A stretch of 14,664 nucleotides of DNA from positions 1 through 14,664 of the forward strand of contig JAWOBN010000088.1 in assembly GCA_046484245.1 (NCBI GenBank). The letters are read 5' to 3'. Positions within the stretch are counted from its first letter, which is position 1; each line of letters opens with the position of its first letter. Both the position numbers and the translations under genes were made by a program. The notes below the pieces were generated by a model that was not told where the DNA came from, did not search any database, and saw nothing but the letters and a program-made list of their open reading frames with translations. Shown one piece after another: positions 8,967-14,664 of this stretch. The DNA is from a bacterium (GTDB taxonomy: Bacteria; Hydrothermota; 32-111).

Positions 8967-9715
8967 TCACTATTGCTCGGGATTCTTGACAGAATGTCCG
9001 ATGCCTTGTTGAAATACTCGCTCTCTTCATCAAGCATCAGCAGTATATTTTTCGCCTCATCATATTTTTCAAGATTGTATTTCACACTGCCGTATGTGAA
9101 TATCACTCTGTCTCTCAACTCAGGGAGCATATTCTCCAGTTGAATATCCTCAAGGTAAATCTCCGCTGCATTATTATCACTCCGTTTCAAATAGAAATTG
9201 GCAGTATGATATTTCTTCTCTTCCAGTCTTGAGAGCAGTATGCGGTGAATGGAGTCCACTTCAGCCATCTGCTCCGACTGGGGGAATTCCATCTTGAAGT
9301 CCTCTATGACAGCAATGGCATTCAATGTCATTGTCTGGTCAAACTGATATGAGGGTGTCAGATAATAATAGGAGAATGCCAGTTTGTAATAACTGTCTTC
9401 CCTGAGCCCCACATTCCTGTAATTATTGACAAAATACTTGAATTCAATAATGGATTGAGACCAATTGCGCATCTGGTAATTGGCATCAGCAAGATAATAC
9501 TGCGCTTTCTCCGTGAGATTGCTCGCAGGATAAGAGAATATATACCTCTGGAATGCATCTGATGCACGTGACCAGTCCTCATTCTCATACAACTGTAATG
9601 CCTCTTCATAGATGGTCTTTTCATCAGCTGACTGTGAATCTTCAATTTTTGTCTTTTTTGAACAACCTGTTACAACTATCAGTAATATCAGTGAAATAAG
9701 TATCAATTGTTTCAT
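8963..9715 (-). CDS. bamD: Outer-membrane protein assembly factor BamD (YfiO)-like lipoprotein
   Basis: Lipobox VTGC; TPR helices with YPAS...AQYYLA; BamD-like Y.FDQT.T..A...F...FP.S and L..K....ANFYLK segments. Confidence 0.8.
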   Translation of the reverse strand: MKQLILISLILLIVVTGCSKKTKIEDSQSADEKTIYEEALQLYENEDWSRASDAFQRYIFSYPASNLTEKAQYYLADANYQMRNWSQSIIEFKYFVNNYRNVGLREDSYYKLAFSYYYLTPSYQFDQTMTLNAIAVIEDFKMEFPQSEQMAEVDSIHRILLSRLEEKKYHTANFYLKRSDNNAAEIYLEDIQLENMLPELRDRVIFTYGSVKYNLEKYDEAKNILLMLDEESEYFNKASDILSRIPSNSE

Positions 9716-10620
9716 CTGCCCGTCCTTGAGATTATTTCTTTTAATTTTCTGTTTGCCTCTATATATGTGTCCCTTGAACCGTATAATTTAACATCATTGA
9801 GTTCCTGGACCTTCTTGTATTCGGGTATTGCCTTCTCATACTCTTCAATATCAAAATATATATTGCCCCTCAGCAGATATGCATCATCAAGCAGGGATCT
9901 CGGCTGACCCAGAGCAATGAATTTATTGATCTTTGATAATGCTGTCTGCTTTTCACCTTCATCATAGAGTCTCTTGGCAATATTGAACAGTATCTCTCCC
10001 ATATCCACAGTGAAATTTGCCTCTGATTCAGGCATATCACCGAATTCATCAATTGCCTGCTCCACATATATGAGAGCAGTATCAAATTTCTGTTCATCCT
10101 TGTAGATATTTATAATCATACTGTATGTATCAATCTTCTTATTTGACGGCAGTGAGATGTTCAGTGCAGAAAGCAGGAGTTTCTTTGAGCTGTACTCCAT
10201 GCCATTTTCATATCTGTGTTTGCCGAGATAATAGAATCCGATATTGATATCATGATCAGGGTCCAGATTAAGCACTTTATTCCAGTATTTATTGGCATTG
10301 TAGTCAAATCCCTTGAGGAACTCAGTCATGGCAATGGAGGAATAAGCATCAATAATATCATTCTTCAATGCAGGCTGCTGCTTGAGGGCAATATTATAGA
10401 AAGAGTCGGCCACCGGGAACTTGCGCATACTCCTGTATGTCTCTCCCAGCAGAAAATAGACCTCCGGTGTCTTGTTGTCAATCTCTTTCAGTACATTTTC
10501 AGCCCTGATATAATTCTCATCCTCAATGAATTTCCTTGCCTTCCTTACAGCAGTGGCATTCTGGCATGAAGTCAGCATAATGAGGAATATAATAATAATT
10601 GCGATAAATCTTTTATTCAA
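9712..10620 (-). CDS. TPR-repeat lipoprotein, function unknown
   Basis: Lipobox LTSC; TPR motifs PEVYFLLGETYR...A..YNIAL and DDAYLLRGNIY...YEKAIPEYKKV. Confidence 0.82.
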   Translation of the reverse strand: MNKRFIAIIIIFLIMLTSCQNATAVRKARKFIEDENYIRAENVLKEIDNKTPEVYFLLGETYRSMRKFPVADSFYNIALKQQPALKNDIIDAYSSIAMTEFLKGFDYNANKYWNKVLNLDPDHDINIGFYYLGKHRYENGMEYSSKKLLLSALNISLPSNKKIDTYSMIINIYKDEQKFDTALIYVEQAIDEFGDMPESEANFTVDMGEILFNIAKRLYDEGEKQTALSKINKFIALGQPRSLLDDAYLLRGNIYFDIEEYEKAIPEYKKVQELNDVKLYGSRDTYIEANRKLKEIISRTGR

Positions 10621-11434
10621 AGTCCAGCCCCTTTATAAATCCCCTCAGTATCCTCCGTATCTTCTCTCCGGCTTTCATTGCATTCTCAATCACATCATCA
10701 TGTGAGGAGTGTTCCGTATCCTTTTCATTGACTATATTGGTGATAGCACTGATTCCCAGCACATCAACCCCCATATGCCTGGCAGCTATGACCTCGGGCA
10801 CTGTTGACATGCCCACTGCATCAGCACCCAGACTCTTCACCATATTGTACTCGGCAATTGTTTCAAGAGAAGGCCCCTGAAGTCCGCAGTAAACACCATT
10901 GTAGATATCTATATTGTTTGCAAGTGCCGTCTTCTCCGCCATCCTCATATACTTAAGGGAATAGGCGTCAAGCATTGAGGGGAATCTGGGACCCAGTTCA
11001 TCCATATTCCTGCCCCTGAGCGGATTGCCCCCCATAAGATTTATGTGGTCCCTTATTATCATGATATCGCCTGCATCATAATCATCATTGACACCGCCTG
11101 CAGCATTGGTCACTATGAAGATATTGGCTCCGAGATAGAGCAGTGTTCTCAGAGGCAGCACTACCTCCTGAAAACTGTATCCTTCATAATAATGGAACCT
11201 TCCTGCCATAACAGTCACTGTCTTGTCATGAAGCATGCCCTGAATAAGTTCGCCCCTGTGGGATTTGACTGTTGATTCGGGCCAACTCTCTATTTTGCTG
11301 TACGGTATCTTGATATTAATATCAATATCGTCCATGAGTCCCGAAAGTCCGGTGCCGGTTATTATAAGCACATCACACTTTTTAAATCCCTCTGATTTGA
11401 GGAATTCAGCTGATCTCCTTATCTTATCAATCAT
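10613..11434 (-). CDS. punA: Purine nucleoside phosphorylase, trimeric inosine/guanosine type (273 aa; start revised from 11539)
   Basis: GRFHYYEG, TNAAGG, DHINL, RFPSM, GPSLETIAE, GADAVGMSTVPE, ITN. The ATG at 11434 (MIDKI) has a GAGGA SD at 11444-11440 and overlaps the divIVA stop. Confidence 0.93.
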   Translation of the reverse strand: MIDKIRRSAEFLKSEGFKKCDVLIITGTGLSGLMDDIDINIKIPYSKIESWPESTVKSHRGELIQGMLHDKTVTVMAGRFHYYEGYSFQEVVLPLRTLLYLGANIFIVTNAAGGVNDDYDAGDIMIIRDHINLMGGNPLRGRNMDELGPRFPSMLDAYSLKYMRMAEKTALANNIDIYNGVYCGLQGPSLETIAEYNMVKSLGADAVGMSTVPEVIAARHMGVDVLGISAITNIVNEKDTEHSSHDDVIENAMKAGEKIRRILRGFIKGLDFE

Positions 11435-12038
11435 TATTATCCTCGCGGGTTTCTGATTTGTACTCATCATAATCCTTTTCACCCTGACTGTGTGAATCAT
11501 CTTCCTGCTTATTGAACAGTGTGCCGATATTGGTGACATTCTCCGGCGGTTCTTTCAGTACAGCATTGAAATCATTGACATCCTCCTTATGGGAGAGTGT
11601 CTCATCCTCAAGCAGACGGGTATATGCCTCTATCATACCCTTGAATTTGGCAATAAAATTATTCTTCAGTGTAATGAGTGTCTTTATCTCTGATCTGAGC
11701 TTGGATGATTCTTCCCTTGCTGATTCCAGAATGTGCTTTGCCTCCAGTTCGGCATTTCTCATTATAATTGTGCCTTCCTGCTTTGCATTCTTCCTCAATT
11801 CCTCTGTGGTCCTTTGAGCAGATGTCAGTGTATCCTGCAGTGTCTTTTCCATTGTCCTGTAATCGGATATCTGTTTCTTCACATCCTTCAGCTGCTCTTT
11901 CTGATTCATATTCTCTCTTATGAGATCTTCCATCTGCTGAGCAATCATCTCAAGAAAATTATCCACTTCATTCTTGTCATAACCATTGAACGATTTCTTG
12001 AATTCCTGTTTCCGTATATCCAATGGAGTAATATCCAT
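11427..12038 (-). CDS. divIVA: DivIVA domain coiled-coil protein
   Basis: N-terminal ITPLDIRKQEFKKSFNGYDKNEVDNFL signature followed by a long coiled coil; SD AGGAGG at 12048-12043. Confidence 0.92.
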   Translation of the reverse strand: MDITPLDIRKQEFKKSFNGYDKNEVDNFLEMIAQQMEDLIRENMNQKEQLKDVKKQISDYRTMEKTLQDTLTSAQRTTEELRKNAKQEGTIIMRNAELEAKHILESAREESSKLRSEIKTLITLKNNFIAKFKGMIEAYTRLLEDETLSHKEDVNDFNAVLKEPPENVTNIGTLFNKQEDDSHSQGEKDYDEYKSETREDNND

Positions 12039-12077
12039 ATATCCTCCTATGTATTTGCCTTATTTATTCAATAAATA

Positions 12078-12106
12078 ATTATATATAAGATAGTAACAAA
12101 AATCAA
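12078..12106 (-). promoter_or_regulatory. Sigma70-type promoter of the divIVA...aminotransferase operon
   Basis: Minus strand reads TTGATT (12106-12101), 17 bp, TATAAT (12083-12078). Confidence 0.75.
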
Positions 12107-12140
12107 CAGTGTTCTATCAAAATGCGTAATGCGTTACTAA

Positions 12141-12182
12141 AGAGCATATAGAGCGAGTAGAATGTGTAGAACGCATAGTAAC
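12141..12182 (-). repeat. 9-mer tandem array, inverted relative to 14382-14414
   Basis: AGAGCATAT AGAGCGAGT AGAATGTGT AGAACGCAT AGTAAC. Confidence 0.75.
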
Positions 12183-12207
12183 AACGCAACAAGCAACCCT
12201 CTCGCCG

Positions 12208-12334
12208 GTCTTTGCGAGTTTTTCCTGCCTGCCAGTCATTCACGAAGCAATCTCCTTATCCGCACACGCTCTTATCCGGGCGGCATTCAGACTTGAGTCT
12301 TGGGTCCTGAGGCTTGTGTCTCTTACTTCTTCCC
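12208..12334 (+). repeat. 127-bp direct repeat, copy 1 (47-bp hairpin module plus 80 bp including a 7-mer array)
   Basis: Ungapped match to 14241-14367 (offset 2033); 12243-12334 is identical to 14276-14367 (92 bp). Confidence 0.95.
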
Positions 12335-12378
12335 ACTTCTTTATCCTTCTTTTACCTTTAAACTTTCACCTTCTTCTC

Positions 12379-12414
12379 GAGTCACACGAGTCACACATAT
12401 CACACGTGTCACAC
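12379..12414 (+). repeat. 9-mer tandem array NNNTCACAC x4
   Basis: GAGTCACAC GAGTCACAC ATATCACAC GTGTCACAC. Confidence 0.85.
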
Positions 12415-12438
12415 GTCTTTCTTCTTTTACCTTCTTCA

Positions 12439-12552
12439 ACGCAACACACATCACGACACTCGGCCGGCTTATCACATTTTCACGCATAACGCATTACGCA
12501 ACACACATCACGACACTCGGCCGGCTATTCACATTTTCACGCACCACGCATT
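12439..12552 (+). repeat. 57-bp tandem duplication built from heptamers plus a GGCCGGCT(AT/TA)TCAC motif
   Basis: ACGCAACACACATCACGACACTCGGCCGGCT starts at 12439 and 12496; a third partial copy lies at 14434-14469. Confidence 0.9.
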
Positions 12553-12566
12553 ACGCACCACGACAT

Positions 12567-12613
12567 GTCATACCGAGTTCAGCACACTTGCTATACACCC
12601 GCGAAGGTATCTC
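12567..12613 (+). repeat. 47-bp hairpin module (GTC-ATACC...GGTAT-CTC)
   Basis: Same length and frame as 12208-12254, 14241-14287 and 14474-14520. Confidence 0.8.
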
Positions 12614-12640
12614 TGTGGCCGACTATTCACATTCTTTCCG

Positions 12641-12673
12641 TCGTTATCCGTTTTACGTTTTCCGTTTTACGTG
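12641..12673 (+). repeat. NCGTTTT heptamer array
   Basis: TCGTTAT CCGTTTT ACGTTTT CCGTTTT ACGTG. Confidence 0.75.
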
Positions 12674-12694
12674 AGGAAACTTGTTTCCGATCCC

Positions 12695-12722
12695 TTGCTT
12701 ATAGTGAGTTTGATGATATAAT
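12695..12722 (+). promoter_or_regulatory. Sigma70 promoter with extended -10 for the TPR gene
   Basis: TTGCTT (12695-12700), 16 bp, TATAAT (12717-12722) preceded by TG-A; SD GGAGGT at 12737-12742. Confidence 0.75.
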
Positions 12723-12750
12723 TTATTATTAAAGACGGAGGTATTTTAAT

Positions 12751-14208
12751 CTGAATAAACAAGACCTTCTTTCTAATGTATTACATGCATACAGGGCAAG
12801 GGCAGATGTATATGCACTGACAGGACGATTTGATGAAGCCCATAATGACTTGAATACTGTGATAGATAAATCAGACAATTATGAGAAACGTGCAAATGCC
12901 TATATAAAAAAATCCATCTCCTATTTCAAGATAGGAAAGGTAGATGAATGCATTGAAGCAGCCGGAAAAGCAGTACGGATAGGTGAGGAAAATAAAGACA
13001 AAAAGATAATAGGTAAAGCGAATATCACACTCGGCCAGGCTGCACGGTCTCAGGGTGATTATGATAAAGCAACACAGTTTTTAAAAGAATCCATTGATAT
13101 CTTCAGCAGAAAACCTGAATACCGGGATAATCTGTTCACAGTCAACCGGATATACACACATCTGCTCAGTTCACGGGGACATTTTGATCAGGCGATTGAA
13201 ATACTGCTTGATATGAAGAGGAATCATTGGAATAACTTGAATATGCAGAACCGGACATCAGTGCTTACTAATCTGGGCACATGCTACGCAAAGACAGGGA
13301 AACTCAATGAAGCACTGGAATTATTCCTTGAGGCAATAGAAATGAAGATCAGATTGGGTGACAAGGTCGGTCTATCTATTGCCTATTACTCCCTTTCAAT
13401 GACATATCATATGAAACGGGAATATGACAAGGCAATGGAAGCAGCCGGAAACTCTCTTGAAATATGCAAAGCCCTCAATGATATTTCAGGTATTTCCTAT
13501 GCATATATATCACTGGCAATGATAAACAAGAAGATAGGGAATCTGAAAAAATCCGTAAAATACCATAATAAATCTCTTGAAGTGAGTAAGCCTATGCACG
13601 ATTTGCATCTCAATCTCTCCAATCAAATTGATTTGGGATTTCTATATGCTGAAACAGGTGAATTTGACCAAGTTGAGAATATTATAGACAAGTTAAAAGA
13701 ACAGATTGCTGAACTTGATAATCCCTATTACAGGGTGGAACTCCTGAAACTCAAGATCTCATATTATCAAAACAAAGGGAATACCGCTCAAATTGAAAAA
13801 CTTGCCAGAGAAGGATTAAAAGAAGCAAAGAAAGCCGGTCTCCTGTCAAATTACTATGATTTTCTCTCCTCTATTCTCATAGAGAAGAATGATGATGTCA
13901 TCTACAAAGAACTCTATGAAAATGCGTATCAGTCAGAAAATATCTCCTATAAAATTGCATCCTATCCCGGCCTTATTATTTATAATATGAGAAACGATTC
14001 GCTTGGATCAGCATTGAAATATGCAGAAGAGTATAACAATGCGCTGAAAGATACACATGAGATAATTTCATTTGCAGGAAGTCTCTATTACCTTGCCAAA
14101 GTCAAAAAACAAATGGGCAAGGATTACAAAAAGGATCTGTCACAGGCCCGCAGTCAAGCGAAAAACCTGGGACTCTCTCCCCTACTGAAAAAAATAAACT
14201 CAATATAG
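12751..14208 (+). CDS. Cytoplasmic TPR-repeat protein (485 aa if started at CTG 12751; the track starts at TTG 12850)
   Basis: Multiple ~40-aa MalT/Rap-like TPR units (e.g. SVLTNLGTCYAKTGKLNEALELFLEAIEM). The in-frame 33-codon extension encodes another TPR helix pair (AYRARADVYALTGRFDEAHND). No signal peptide. Confidence 0.85.
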   Translation: MNKQDLLSNVLHAYRARADVYALTGRFDEAHNDLNTVIDKSDNYEKRANAYIKKSISYFKIGKVDECIEAAGKAVRIGEENKDKKIIGKANITLGQAARSQGDYDKATQFLKESIDIFSRKPEYRDNLFTVNRIYTHLLSSRGHFDQAIEILLDMKRNHWNNLNMQNRTSVLTNLGTCYAKTGKLNEALELFLEAIEMKIRLGDKVGLSIAYYSLSMTYHMKREYDKAMEAAGNSLEICKALNDISGISYAYISLAMINKKIGNLKKSVKYHNKSLEVSKPMHDLHLNLSNQIDLGFLYAETGEFDQVENIIDKLKEQIAELDNPYYRVELLKLKISYYQNKGNTAQIEKLAREGLKEAKKAGLLSNYYDFLSSILIEKNDDVIYKELYENAYQSENISYKIASYPGLIIYNMRNDSLGSALKYAEEYNNALKDTHEIISFAGSLYYLAKVKKQMGKDYKKDLSQARSQAKNLGLSPLLKKINSI

Positions 14209-14240
14209 CCCCCCAATATATACATACAGCTACCGGCACA

Positions 14241-14367
14241 GTCTTTGCGAATTTATCCCTCTTGCAAGGCATTCGCGAAGCAATCTCCTTATCCGCACAC
14301 GCTCTTATCCGGGCGGCATTCAGACTTGAGTCTTGGGTCCTGAGGCTTGTGTCTCTTACTTCTTCCC
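14241..14367 (+). repeat. 127-bp direct repeat, copy 2
   Basis: Ungapped match to 12208-12334; the last 92 bp are identical. Confidence 0.95.
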
Positions 14368-14381
14368 GCTAAATTACTACC

Positions 14382-14414
14382 CGTTCTACTCGCTCTATGC
14401 GTTCTACTCGTTCT
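14382..14414 (+). repeat. 9-mer tandem array CG(T/C)TCTA(CT/TG)
   Basis: CGTTCTACT CGCTCTATG CGTTCTACT CGTTCT. Confidence 0.8.
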
Positions 14415-14418
14415 CGTA

Positions 14419-14469
14419 TCCGCATAACGCATAACGCAACACGCATCACGACACTCGGCCGGCTATTCA
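14419..14469 (+). repeat. NACGCAN heptamer array ending in CACGACA, followed by CTCGGCCGGCTATTCA
   Basis: TCCGCAT AACGCAT AACGCAA CACGCAT CACGACA CTCGGCCGGCTATTCA. Confidence 0.85.
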
Positions 14470-14473
14470 TTCC

Positions 14474-14520
14474 GTCATTACGAGTTCAGCAATCATGCCT
14501 CGCATTCGCGCGGTAATCTC
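14474..14520 (+). repeat. 47-bp hairpin module (GTC-ATTAC...GTAAT-CTC)
   Basis: Fourth 47-bp copy, followed by CTTATCCGC as in the copies at 12208 and 14241. Confidence 0.85.
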
Positions 14521-14546
14521 CTTATCCGCTATGCATGTTATTTCTA

Positions 14547-14572
14547 TAGGGTTCAAATTGTTGAACCCCTAC
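14547..14572 (-). repeat. GTAG-type REP-like palindrome
   Basis: Minus strand reads GTAG-GGGTTCAA-caat-TTGAACCC-TA; matches 764-788. Confidence 0.75.
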
Positions 14573-14664
14573 GAATTTCCGTTCTTGGGCTGCTATTCAC
14601 AATCCAATTCCCCACCTGCACAGCATTCAAACTTGTAACTGGTTTTTTCGAATCACACGAATCG

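Noticed and set aside
11435..11539. N-terminal 35-aa extension of PNP
   Set aside because: Overlaps divIVA; an SD-supported start lies at 11434.
1716..12074. Numerous short antisense or alternate-frame ORFs in the track (e.g. 1716-2330, 2507-2998, 5833-6228, 6737-7120, 10216-10569, 11733-12074)
   Set aside because: They lie within or across well-supported genes and show no recognisable motifs.
12255..12280. CTTATCCG twice, reminiscent of the enterobacterial REP 3' half
   Set aside because: No matching 5' arm or CTAC end, so it is not called a REP.
12300..12674. 124-aa ORF with internal peptide repeats
   Set aside because: TTG start without an SD, lying inside the direct repeat. The peptide repeats only mirror the 9- and 57-bp DNA repeats.
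13027..13036. ACACTCGGCC inside the TPR gene matching the flanking repeat
   Set aside because: Only 10 bp and encodes ordinary TPR residues (TLG); plausible by chance.
12208..14520. CRISPR array or integron attC interpretation of the repeats
   Set aside because: No regular repeat-spacer periodicity, no cas or intI gene, and no RYYYAAC...GTTRRRY ends on the 47-bp modules.

Overview
Bacterial chromosomal window from a diderm (it encodes BamD and lipoproteins). The DivIVA-PNP-BamD-NadD-PolA gene order and a secreted LVIVD protein suggest an FCB-related or candidate-phylum lineage (inference only). Left to right: the 5' part of a secreted LVIVD beta-propeller gene on the minus strand that the ORF track missed (1-616); a repeat-rich spacer with heptamer arrays, a GTAG-REP hairpin and a 158-bp element with 31-36-bp inverted ends; a two-gene plus-strand unit (MalY/PatB-type PLP C-S lyase, lipoprotein alpha/beta hydrolase) ending in a terminator; a tightly coupled eight-gene minus-strand operon (divIVA, purine nucleoside phosphorylase, TPR lipoprotein, bamD, nadD, polA, EamA transporter, class I/II aminotransferase); and a stand-alone TPR gene that probably starts at a CTG. 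The most unusual signal is non-coding. The three long spacers are patchworks of shared repeat modules: polar 7-mer arrays with a distinct terminal unit, other 7-, 9- and 10-mer arrays, four exactly 47-bp hairpins with compensatory stem changes, and REPs. The TPR gene lies between 127-bp direct repeats (92 bp identical). No recombinase or transposase is encoded in the window.
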